From: Azolla caroliniana
Lineage: Eukaryota; Plantae; Polypodiophyta
Direction: 5' to 3'
DNA: 64,000 bases
NCBI GenBank assembly: GCA_043228905.1
Contig: JBHGNT010000006.1
Location: 18,476,001-18,540,000 of the forward strand
Shown: piece by piece, positions 25,350 to 37,900 of the stretch
How positions within the stretch are numbered: position 1 is the first letter of the stretch
Layout: every line of letters starts with the position of its first letter
Position numbers and translations under genes: made by a program
Notes under the pieces: model-generated
Databases searched by the model: none
What the model saw: only the letters and a program-made list of their open reading frames with translations
What the model was told of the DNA's origin: nothing

Positions 25350-27095
25350 TGTCGAGAATCGTGACTGGCCACAACCGGCTTCTCATTCGGATGTTTGGGT
25401 GCACGGAACGTAAAATAGAATGCACTCAAACAGAGTATGAAAAACAGAAATAACACAAGAGACAGAAACACACGATCTTAACGTGGAAACCCAAAATAGG
25501 AAAACCACGGGGGTCTACAAACCCCGCGAAATAGAATCACTATGCTAAAAGGAGCAGTATAACTAGAAGCTCTGAAGCAACGACCTCGAGATTCTACTTC
25601 GTCAACAGACGGCTATAGAGTTACACACTCTCTCTCACTCTCACTCACTTACTGTTACACAGTTACAGAGGCAACGAACTTCTAAGTAACCTTTTAACAA
25701 TTACTCATCATCATCGTATTATGATTTCCCTAAGTACTTATATACTAGCACACCTTTTGGGTTATTTACAAGTGTAGCCCATAAAGGCATAGACTATTTA
25801 CAAGTATAGTCTTCCGAGTTGGTTGTCTACACGATTTCAGTTTCGGCCTCTCAACTCGGCTCTTCTCTTCCCATCCGGAGGAACCCGTTTCCTAACAAAC
25901 TCCCCCTTCACTCCGGCATGGGGTACTGCACCAATCCGATCTTCCATCGGCACGCACTCAGCTTTTCGGTTGGTAGCACTTTAGTCAACATATCTGATCC
26001 ATTTTCGGCCGTGTGGACCTTCATTAGAGAAAACTCCCTTTCTTCTACCCTCTCCCGGAGCCAATGATACCTCTATTGGATGTGCTTTGTCCTCGAGTGG
26101 TAGGCGGCATTTTTTGCAAGGTGGATGACACTCTGATTATCGCAATATAGTCGGAATTCTTCCTGCCGAATTCTCAACTCATTGATAAACTCCTTCATCC
26201 ATACGATTTCCTTGCCGGCTTTTGCTACGACCATGTACTCGGCTTCCATGGTGGACAATGCCATGGCCTTCTGCAACCTCGATTGCCACGAGACAGCTCC
26301 CCCTGCATACATCATTACGTATCTGGACGTGGATCGGTTGGTATCTGCATTAACCAACATGTCTGAATCCGTGTAGCCTTCCAATGTGGGGTTACTTGAG
26401 CCGAAACGAAGGCACACGCTCGAGGTGCCTCTCAGGTACTAAAATATCCATTTCACGACAACCCAATGCTTTTTCTCACGATTGCTCATATATCGGCTAA
26501 CCACTCTGATGGCGTATCCAATGTTCGGCCTTGTACACACCATCGCGTACATCGGGCTTCCAACTGCCGAGGCATAGGGGACTTTTGACATCTCAGCCTT
26601 TTCGATTTTCGATTGCGTACATTGATCTTTATTCAACTTGCATTTTGTTGCCAGTGTCGAGCCAACCGGTTTCGCGCCTTCCATGCCGAATCTTTGGAGC
26701 AACTTTGTCACATATTTCTCCTGTGACAGCCATAGCAATTTCTTTGTTCTGTCCCGAACAATGTGCATACCCATGATTTGCTTTGTTGGACCCATATCCT
26801 TCATCGAGAATGACCCGTTCAAGGCCTTTTTCAGTGCTCGGATCATCATATGGTCCCATCTAATAATTAGCATGTCGTCCACGTACAACAAAAGGATGAG
26901 GAAATCTCCTTCATCAAACTTCTTCACAAATACGCAATGATCGGCCTGCGTTTTGTGGTACCCGTTTTCAGTCATGAAAGATTCGAAATTTCGGTACCAT
27001 TGCTGTGGAGCCTACTTCAACCCGTACATGCTCATCCTCAATCGGCATACTAGGTTTTCGTTACCTTTCATTACGAATCCTTCTGGCTGCTGCAT
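25350..27095 (-). mobile_element. 3' half of a Tnt1/Tork-like copia (RT-RH plus 3' LTR), related to the 40020-45458 element
   Basis: LLLYVDDML, SWQSRLQ, RTKHIQ, ENGSDMLTK. PPT rc at 25898-25908. LTR ~25350-25897, left edge less certain. Confidence 0.85.
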
Positions 27096-28266
27096 ATATA
27101 ACTCTGTCCACTCATCGACAAAGGTTACACCATTTTATGCTTATACGGGTTGTCACCCCCGGTGGTGTGTATATAAAACCCCAGAGTTACCCACAAATCC
27201 TTGCGCAAAGGATCGTTTGGAGAGGTTACGCAAGATACAAGAGGATTTATCTACTCATCTACAACAAGCTCAACAAACACACAAGGTTTACGCGGATCGT
27301 CATCGGCTTCCATCCAATTTTAACATTGGAGATCGGGTATGGCTACTACGACGACACATCAAGACTAATCACCCATGCGAGAAGTTGGATTATCGGCGAT
27401 TAGGTCCTTTCCGTATTATCGGAAAAATTAATGATGTCGCATTTCATCTTGATCTACCTCCACAACTTCGGATACATCCGGTGTTTCATAGTTCTCTCCT
27501 CGAACCCTATCAAGACAACACCATCCTAGGTCGTATTAAACAACCTCCACCCCCAATCGAACTTGAAGATGGACCTGAGTACGAGGTTGCCGCCATCCTC
27601 GATTCCAAGATTGTTCGCAACAAGCTCTATTATTTAGTCGATTGGGTAGGATATAGTCCCAACGAGCGTACTTGGGAACCAATAGAGAATGTGACCAATG
27701 CTCGTGCTCTTCTTGAAGACTTCCATCATCAATATCCAGACAAACAAGGTCCTCAATCCAAAACAACTCGTGACACTCGTCATTTTAAAAGGGGGATAGT
27801 GTCATGATATTGCAAGACTTGAACCCATGACCTTGTGTTACATGGGTCGAGCTCTTGACCATTAGAATATATGTCGTAATATGAAAGCTATTATTTTCAT
27901 TTAAGTTTTACTATAGAAAATTGATGTACATTCCAAATTTCTCTAGAACATTCTAGAAACTTCAGAAGTACTCCTGAGAACACTATAAAAGGAGGCACAA
28001 GGCATTATTTCGAACCAAATCAAAACCAAATCGGTTCAACGCCAGTCTTAAGCCTCCTAGCTACTATTGTATATTCTCGTAACATAATATATATCTTTTG
28101 TTATCATCATTCTCTCTCTCTCTCTCTCTCTCTCTCACTCACTCTTTCCTTATCTTGAGAGTTCTACACCTCCCTTAGTACTAATCCTCATCTTTTAGTA
28201 CTAATTCCTTCTCTGTCTTAGTACTGTTCTTGACAGTACTTCTTTGTCTTAGTACTGTTCCTGACA
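27096..28266 (+). mobile_element. 3' end of a chromovirus (Ty3/gypsy): integrase C-terminus, chromodomain, PPT and LTR
   Basis: KLDYRRLGPFRI (GPY/F), HPVFHSSLL, chromodomain YEVAAILDSK..YLVDWVGYSPNERTWEP. PPT AAAAGGGGGATAG 27787-27799; LTR TGTCA...TGACA 27800-28266. Confidence 0.9.
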
Positions 28267-30088
28267 CTAGCGAGCATACGTCAAAGTACCAATATAGTGC
28301 ACTATGCGGGGGTTGTACGAGTGACATAATGAAAGGATACCCGGCCTACTATACCAGTATCTATAAAAGGTTATATACTTAAGGATGCTTTAGTGGATAA
28401 TGGTGAATAAGTCTTATCTCAGAAGTCCTCATAAGTAAGCTTGGTATTCCCATTTGTAAAAGTTCCTCTACGAAAGTAGTTGTAGCTAATGGAGGCGTAG
28501 TACCTTGCATGGGGATTATAGAAGATGTTATCCTTGAGTGTTTTGGTATATGTATTTCTATGGATTTCCATGGTATTCCCCTTAAGGGACACTCTTATTC
28601 CTTGGTGTTGAGAAGACCTTGGATGCAAGAACTAAATGTAATTCAAGATTGGAGTAATGGTATGATGACTTTGGCAACCTCAGAGGGTATGTTATCTCTA
28701 CAACATGCGTCTTCAACGAGTGATCAAGGGTGCAAGGGAGAACAACTCATCCGATAGTAAGTATGAAGAAGGGAGTTGTGCAAGTGATAGTACTTCATCG
28801 GATTGGGAGGAGACACCATCATATGTGATATCCACAAAGGAGAAAGAAGGCAATAAAGAATAAGAAACCATTACCCTTGAAAACCAGGAGAAGATGATCT
28901 CCAAAGAGATTCAAGGAGAAGAATGACAAAGGTTTATTTCCCTAATTTCTGAGTTTCCGAGGTTATTTATAAATGACTATTCGCAAATTAGAGGAGTGGA
29001 TGTCATTAAACACCAAATCAAGTTGAAGGAGGGAAGTGAACCGGTTGCCTAAAAGCTTCCTCGCTTGGGGATGGTCCAAAAGGAGGCTCTATTAAAGGAG
29101 GTTAAAGCTTTTTTGCAAGTTGGTTTCATATACCCCGTGGAGGATTCAGAGTGGATGTCCCCAGTTGTGGTGGTTCATAAGAAGAATGACAAATGACGAA
29201 TTTGTGTTGACTTCAAACCTTTGAATGCAACTACAAAGCAAGATCACTTTCCACTTCCTTTTCAAGATGAGATTTTGGATGAAATTGTATTGCATGAGAT
29301 GTACACAGTATGTGATGGGCATTCCGGCTATTTCCAAATAAGGATCGTGGAGGAAGATCAAAGAAAGACAACCTTCATAACACCGTGAGGTTGTTTTGCT
29401 TATAAGTGTATGCCTTTTGGTTTAACCAATGTAGTGTTTATTTTCAATAATTTGGCTATACATGTTTTTCAACCTTTCTTTGGAAAGTTTGTAATGGTGT
29501 TTATAGATGATTTTCCCTTCTATAGTACAAGGATTGGTCATCTAGAGACGGTGCGTTCAACTTTCAAACGTCTTGATGAATGTAAAGGACGAGTCAACCC
29601 CAAAAAGTGTCATGTTGGAGAAAAAGAGGTGGTGAAGCTTGGACATGTGGTGTCTCTTTAAGGAATTAAGGTGGATCCCTCAAAGATCAAAGTGATTGAA
29701 AGTTTACCATATCTGAAAGATATTAAATCTTTGGAGGTTTTTGTTCAAAAGGTGCGATACTTTAAGAGATTTATCCATATGTTAGCCCAAACCCTTTATC
29801 CTTTTAGAGTCATCCTCCGCACTAATATATTTGTGTGGAATCCTTTTGTGCAAGAAACATTTGATAGAATTAGAGAGCAATTAGCCAAAACCCCCATTCC
29901 TAATCCACCAAATAGAAATTCAACATTCTTTCTTTCTCTTAGTGTTAGCACTCATGCTATTGGCTCTATTCTCATGTAACAAGATCCTCATAATAGGCAA
30001 ATGCATTCTATTTACTATATAATTAGAGCCATAAGTGATGTGGAAAAAATCTTTATGGATGTGGAAAAATGGGTGTTAGCTCTCACGT

Positions 30089-33000
30089 TGTCGCAAAAAT
30101 GCTTCGTGCATGTGCTACTTGAGCGGGACCACCGGGGTCTCAGACTAAGGAGGTCGTTAGATGACCTTAAAAGACAATGATGTGGATGTTTGAGTCGAGG
30201 AAGACACTGTCACACTTGAAAAGATTAAGAAAATTGATACACTTGAGAGAAGATGTTTAATTAGAAAAAGATAAATGAGAGTATTATATTGATGATGGTG
30301 GTGATGGTGATATCACATATTGAGCCCCCCCTTTACACAAGCCTTACGAAGGTTTTTATAGGTCTATCCATGCTTCTAACATGCACAAAACCATGGGCTT
30401 GGACCCATGGATTTTGGGCACACGGTTTTTCTTGTGGCATGCACAAAACCATGGGCTTGGAACATGGTTTTGTGCACACGGTTTTATACGGTTGTTTTCC
30501 TATGCCTTTTTAATATGAAAAGAAATACAAAATGTTTAAAGTACTTGGTAGTAGCCCTAATGGAAAGATAAATGTCTTCTATCTTGGAGGTGCAAGGTTC
30601 AAATCATGCTTGCACCCCTCTATGTGCACTCGAATGCCACTAGAACCTAGGCTAATTTTCATGTTTATAATCATTTGTGTAATGTGCGTGAAACCACACT
30701 ATTTCACAATTTCTCCCATTGGACACGCAACATCACGACATCCACCCCCACCAAACCGCACATCCTCCGGCATGTGCCAAGAAGAAAAGAGTGATGTGGC
30801 GGAGTCAAAGGTGGTTGGCCTTTGATTTCCTCCTTCCCTACGCCTTGCCCACATTGTCCTTTGTCCTCCATTTTGAGCACGTGCATTCCATCCACCCGAA
30901 CCATTGTTGCCACCCAATCAACCATATCATTCACTTGCCCTTCGCATTGCCCTTCGCATTGCTGTGACCACTTCTGATAGCCCCTTTCGCTCCTCCTAAG
31001 TGTAACCCTTCATGCATCGTACATGTGTTGCCTTTGTCTCGACCATCTCCTTGGTCATCAAACTTCCTCCGATCGTCCTTTCTTGTCTCATGCTTGCGTT
31101 TCCTCATGCTCAGCAGCCTCGACTAGGTGTTGCGGCTCCTCTGCTTCGACCTCTGGCTTGGCCGCTCAACTTTTGTCCGGATCGGTCTTGACCAATCAAC
31201 TTTTGGCTTGGTCGGTCTTCTTTCAGATTCCCATTCAGCCGAATCGGACTTAGACGATCAGCTTCCCTCCGGGTCGACGTCCATTCGGGTTTTGGTTGGG
31301 TCGGGCCTTGTTGATTAGCTCCCATCCGGGTCGGCTTCCGTTCCGGTTGTAATACCAACCACGGCATCTTCCATCCGGATTGTCTTCCGGTTCTTCCTTT
31401 CTTGCCGCTCTCTAGCTCTTCATCAAACTCTATTGTAGCTTTGTTCTTGGCCTCCTTGTTGCCCACCATTCCTCTGTATGTGATGGCTTCGACCCTCATC
31501 TCCTCGCCGCTACCTTCCATTTCTCCGGTCTTATGTTGGCTCTCATGCACAATTGCCGAAGTCGCCGGAACCGGTGTGGAGGGATCCCTTAGTCTATGGT
31601 CATTGTCCTCATCGCCGTTTCGGTCCTTCGATTTCTTGCCGTCACCTTCCATCTCTCCAGTCTCACATTGGCACTCAGGCACAACTACTGAAGTCTCAGG
31701 AACAATTGTGGAGAGAACCTTGGCACCATCGGTCACCGTCGACTCATCCATAGCCATCTTTCCCTCAATGTTATTATTCGCATTGGCTTCAATCTTTGCT
31801 TCCTCACCACTTTCCGTCTCTTGGGTCTCATGTTGGCTCTCGGATGCAACTGCCTAAGTTTCCAGATCAAGTGTTGGGAAAGTCTCGACACGGTCATCCT
31901 CCGTGGACTCTTCCATAGCCATCTCCGACTCGATGTCGTTCCTCGTGGCTACCGTCTCAATCACGTCAGCATCGCACTCTTTATCTCCCTTGATCACGCA
32001 AGCTTTGCTCATGCTTGCACCGTCATCACTTGATATTTCAGACACAACGTGTGTTCCGAAATGCTCATCCACTCCTAAAGCAGCATTTCCCACTCTCGAG
32101 TCTTCGGTCTTTCTCTTGACCTTCGTTCCTCCATAAGTCGAGAAGGTGGCTTGTTCTACACCTTCTCCCGTGGTATTGTTGTACCGAACCTAGGCCTTCG
32201 TATTGGCCGCATCATTAGTCTGCATTTGTTGGGAGGTCTTCTCTTCCTCGATCACCAATTGTCTTAGTTTTGGCTCCATTCTAGGCTTCTCTTTGGCCTT
32301 GACTTGCACCTTAAACACTCATATGCCTCCTTTATGAAGGCCTCTATGTCGAGTACCGTCGAACCTTCCATCTTCAAGCTTTCTTCTTTAGGTGGTTGTG
32401 TGTAGTCGCATCCCGTCCTCCTTTCACCATCCCTCGTGGGTTGTGTTGTTGTTGAAGAGAATCTCGTCTTCCTCTTATCATGTAGTCGACATACTCTTTC
32501 CACTTTTCTCCAATCCTCGGTGAGGTCATTTGCACCATAATCTTCTTCGAGTTTGAGTCCAATGGCCATCCTTTCCCTTTGATCGATCAACTTCATGAAC
32601 AACAAGACCTTATCCACCCCCACCAATCTTTGTTCCTGCTCCAAGAGTTGAGAAAAACGACGCTCGAAGTCTAGGAATGCTTGTGCCGCACCTTGGTGGG
32701 TCTTCACCGATGCCACCCACTGGTCGAACTCATGCCGACTTCATCCCTTCAGTCTCTCGTAGCCATATGCCTTCAATAGAGCCTCCTTGAAAGACACCCA
32801 TGAATCATGAGCTTCTCGAAGCTCTTTTACCTCTTTGTAGATCGGTTCAGCCACCACCCGACAAAAGTACTTCAGCCTCATAGCTTCGTTCAGACCTCTC
32901 GAATCAATCTCGACATTGTAGACTTTTAGAATATATTGGACTTTTGCACTGTTGAAATAGCCGACTCACTCGACCACACTCTCGACGGCTTGTTGGGCCA

Positions 33001-33773
33001 TATCTCATCTTTTCCCTTCTCTTGAAAATTCCATTATCATCTTTGACATTGCCTCCATGAGATATTCCTCGTCCATCTTCATCCTCCCCTACCACTCTTC
33101 ACGTCAGGTTCACCAAAAGATGTCGCAAAAATGCTTGCGTGCATGTGCTATTTGAGCGGGACCATTGAGGTCTCAGACTAATGAGGTTGTTAGATGACCT
33201 TAAAAGACAATGATGTGGATGTTTGAGTCAAGGAAGACACTTTCACACTTGAAAAGATTAAGAAAATTGATACACTTGAGAGAAGATGTTTAATTAGAAA
33301 AAGATAAATGAGAGTATTATATTGATGATGGTGGTGATGGTGATATCACATATTGATCCCCCCCTTTACACAAGCATTAAGAGGGTTTTTATAGGTCTAT
33401 CCATGCTTCTAACATGCACAAAACCATGGGCTTGGACCCATGGTTTTTGGGCACACGGTTTTTCTTGTGGCATGCACAAAACCATGGGCTTGGAACATGG
33501 TTTTGTGCACACGGTTTTATACGGTTGTTTTCCTATGCCTTTTTAATATGAAAAGAAATAGATAACATTTAAAGTACTTGGTAGTAGCCCTAATAGTAAG
33601 ATAAATGTCTTCTATCTTGGAGGTGCAAGGTTCAAATCATGCTTGCACCCCTCTATATGCACTCGAATGCCACTAGACCCTAGGCTAATTTTCATATTTA
33701 TAATCGTTTGTGTAATGTGTGTGAAACCACACTATTTCACAATTTCTCCCATTGCACACGCAACATCACAACA
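30089..33773 (-). mobile_element. Non-autonomous gag-only LTR element S2 (decayed)
   Basis: LTRs 30089-30740 and 33121-33773. PBS TGGTGAACCTGACGTGAA (rc 33098-33115); PPT rc 30741-30752. Internal region is capsid-like gag plus a charged tail, with no PR/RT/RH/INT. Confidence 0.93.
30838..33076 (-). pseudogene. Capsid-plus-tail ORF of S2 (frameshifted)
   Basis: Fragments 32264-32716 and 31110-31757 align with the 60840-62771 protein (QAFL.FE.RF..L.E.E.RLVG.DKVL.F; LTEDW.KVERVC; MAMDES; GWKM). Confidence 0.85.
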
Positions 33774-34914
33774 ACTATGCATGTCAAAAGTTTAGGAGCT
33801 TTTTTATCCCTCATCACTTTGTAATAATCACTAGTATGTCCTTATTCCCCTATGTATTGTAACATGTAAATGTATCATCTAGAATTACAAAGTGGGCTCT
33901 TCTATTGGTTGAGTTTGATTTTGAAGTTAAGCTTGAGTTCACTATGTGTGTAGAATTGGTGGATCTTTTCACTTATAGAGAGTCTTCATGAGGAGGATTT
34001 ATCAAAGCTAAGAGATGCCCTTCTCGAACTAGATATAGACGATGCTTTCATATTGTTCTTTGATGGTGCTTCCTGAAGAGCAACAAATTTGGCGGTTGGA
34101 GGCTTTATATTAAGAAACCCTAATGGAGAGGTGGTACATGCTGAAGGGATTTCACTTCCCAATGCCAACACCAACAATGACGCGGAATACGCAACCTTGT
34201 GCTTTGCCTTGCGACTTTGTAAAGCTAGTGGGATCAAAAGATTAATCATCAAAGGTGATTCACTATTAATTGTCAAACAAATTCAAGACGTGTGGAAATT
34301 TCAAAGTGATGGATTACGTGGCTTCTATAAAGGAGGCACTTAGTTTAATGAAGTCTTTTAATAAAGTACAAGTAAAACATGTAAGTTGTGTGGAAAATAT
34401 AGGGCTGATGGGCTTGCTCAAGAACAATTACTAACGATTAACAGGGAACCTGTATGTATTTTAGAAGAATGTAAGGGTGCAGAGTCCCTCTTAGAGATAT
34501 GAGAGCTTCTTAACGATGGTGTGTTCCCTAAGGATTTTAATAAGTTATAGAGAAGAAGGTTGGTATTGAGATCTTCTCAATATGTAGTGGTTGGTAAGGA
34601 TTTGTATCATAAAGGCAAGGATGACATTCTACGAAGGGTACCCCATAAAGAAGAGATTGTGGAGATCCTAGGGAAGATGCATGAGGAGGCTTTTGGAGGA
34701 CATTTTTCTCATGACATCATGTTGAGAAAGATTATGTTAACAAGTTTTACTTGGCCTACCATTCATAAAGACATTCATGAGTGGTGCAAATCTTGTGATG
34801 CATACCAAAAAGCGAGACACAAACATCTTCGTGTGGGTCCTTTACATCTGATTGTGGTGTTTGCTCCGTTCGAGAATTGGGGAATCGATGTGGTAGGTCC
34901 TCTTCCAATGACTC

Positions 34915-37900
34915 TACTGAGAGATCATGCTCAACTAGAGTTGGTTAGTTAGTCAACCACGTAACTTTTTAGTAACTTAGATAGAATCTAGTTAGAAGTG
35001 TTCACTATAACGCCTTAAATAGGACCTTGTACTTAAGTGGGATATTCTAGATCCTCCACTCCTAAGTACATTTAATATAGGACTTACACCTTTTAACCTA
35101 TATTCTCCTCACACATGTGCACCCTTGCACATCAGATCTATATATACCTCATTGTAGGTATTTTTGTATTTGATGATGCTAATTTAATATAGAGTTAATC
35201 ATCCCCCATCTTGTGTTATTCATAAATGTAACTTCCTCTCTTTCTTCCTCTCACACACATACACAAACATATAACATAATCTTCTGCTTAGCTTAATCAC
35301 ATAATTAGGTACTAATTAACCCAAAGTTAATTACCTAATTCTTAACATGGTATCAAAACGCGTGGTTTAGAAAATCCACTAAGCCCACCCGACTACATCA
35401 ACGATGCACAAGAAAATCCACCTGACCCAAAGAACGCCAACTACGCAACATGGGAGCAAGCGACGAGTCGAGTCATGTATTGCTTGGCAATATGTGTCCA
35501 CGAACACATGCTTATCTACAATCGAGATGCCAAGATGCCTAAAGAAGCAAATGTTCGCCGCCAACATGACCGCCCGAAAGCTTCAACTCCGACAAGAGTT
35601 GAACAACATTCGGCAGAAAGATATGTCTGTCTCGGACTACACTGCCATGATCAAGAGCAAAGAACGCCAACTACACAACATGGGAGCAAGCGGCGAGTCG
35701 AGTCATGTATTGCTTGGAAACATGTGTCCACGAACACATGCTTAGCCACAATCGAGACGCCAAGACGCCTAAAGAAGCGTGGGAGAACTGAAGAAAATGT
35801 TCGCCGCCAACACGACCGCCCGAAAGCTTCAACTCCGACAAGAGTTGAACAACATTCGGTAGAAAGATATATCTGTCTCGGACTACACCGCCATGATCAA
35901 GAGCATTTGCGACTCACTTGGCTCCATCAACATAATCGTCGATGAAGACGAGATGGTTCAAGTATGCTTGGGTGGCCTCGCACAACAATTCGACTCGTTG
36001 AGGACAACAATCTTAGCGAGGGAAAACCCTCCTTCATTCTTCGACCTTCAATCAATGCTAATGGTTGAAGAGAACCATGTCCTAACCAAGACCAAGATGT
36101 CGAAAGGACAAATGTTCTTCTCGAATTTGGATAATGGTCAAGGACGAGGTCGAGGCGGTAGAAGAGGTTGATTTGACCCATCTCACGAAGGGAACTCAAA
36201 CCTTCGACAACAAGATGGAGGCCATCGAGGAACCTTCGGAAGATGGGGGAGCTTCCATGCCGAACAAAGTTAGCAAACGTGGCCCATCACTTGCAATTAT
36301 TGCGGCAAAATCGGCCACTACGAAGAGGAGTGTTGGAAAAAGAGAAGTGAGCCAGCTTCGATAAGCCGACAACTTACAAACTACGCCAACAACTCCGAAT
36401 ACGACAACTACGGTGGTTTATTCGTAATGAGACATAGAGCAAACTCTAAGATGGCCTCTGACTCCACGAGCACCTCCAACTCAGAAGATGTGTGGTTCGT
36501 CGACTACGGTGCATCACATCATATGACGCCACACCAAGAGTGGTTTCGTGACTTACGAACACTGGATCAACCACAACTTCATAGAACGGGAGACGACACC
36601 ACACATCCCATTCGACACATCGGCAATGTTCCATTCGGGAAAGAAGGCGAGCAAACTTGCATCAAGAATGTCTTGCACATGCCCACAATAACAAAGAATT
36701 TGGTCTCGGTCGGCCAAATCGTGGAGCAAGGCATGCAAGTTTGTTTTAACAACGAAGGATGCTTTATCGAGAAAGATGGTCGACTCATAGCTAACAGATT
36801 GAGAGACAATCGAATGTTCATTCCCAATTCGAACGAGGTGAAATCGTCCATGTATGCCAAAGGTCTCAAAACTGAGACGAGCATCGAGTTGTGGCACATG
36901 CGATTCGGCCACATCAACCTCCAATGGCTCCAATTGATGCAATCCAAGGGAGTCATCATCGGACTTCCGGCATTCGAGTCAAAACGAGTGTGCGAAGCGT
37001 GTCAACTTTGAAAACAACACCGACTCCCATTCCCAAAGGAGAGATATGTCATACACTCGAATGTATGGGGACTGGCTCAAACGCCAATGATCGGTGGATG
37101 CTGATACTATGTAACCTTCATCGACGACTACTCCCCCTACACATGGATCTTTCCGATGAAGAAGAAGAGTGAAGTGTTTTCCCACTTCCAAAAGCTCAAG
37201 GGCCAAATCGAAAAAGAAACCAATCGACACATTGGATGCCTACTATCGGATGGAGGCAAGGAGTACTTCTCTGACGAGTTCACCTCCTACCTCCAAAGTG
37301 AAGGCATTTGAAGAGAATTCTCATGCCGACACACACCCTAACAAAATGGAGTCACCGAAAGGAAGAATCGGCACATATTGGAGGTAGCACGCGCCATGAT
37401 GCATGAGAAGAAAATGCCGAACTTCTATTAGGCCGAAGCGGCATCCATGGCCGTCTATCTCATGAACCGGTGCACCACCAATGGAGTGCATGTGCTAACT
37501 CCATACGAGGTCCTTGTTGGAAGGAAGCCAATCCTATCGCACCTCAAGGTGTTCGGAAGCATTGTGAATGTACATATCCCGAATGAAAACCGATAGAAGC
37601 CCAACGTGAAGTCGGAGAAATGTATCCTCGTAGGATACTCTTCCAAGAAGAAGGCATACAAGTGCTTCAACCCTTCGACCCGAACAGTTCAGATAAGTCA
37701 GGATGTAGTCTTCGACCAATCGGCATCATGGTATAAGCTTGATTTGGCACCACCCGACCCGACCGAGGAAGAGTTGAACATCAACTCGGAGGATGATATT
37801 TGGACAAGTCCTCTACCAAAGAACAACTCAAGACCACCCGAGCCTTCAAGCCTCCCAAGCACGTTGCGGCCAAGTACAACCTTGGTCAAAGGCAAAGGTA

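Noticed and set aside
26953-27807. 284-aa ORF as a novel chromodomain gene
   Set aside because: Chimera of antisense copia RT and chromovirus integrase across a deletion junction.
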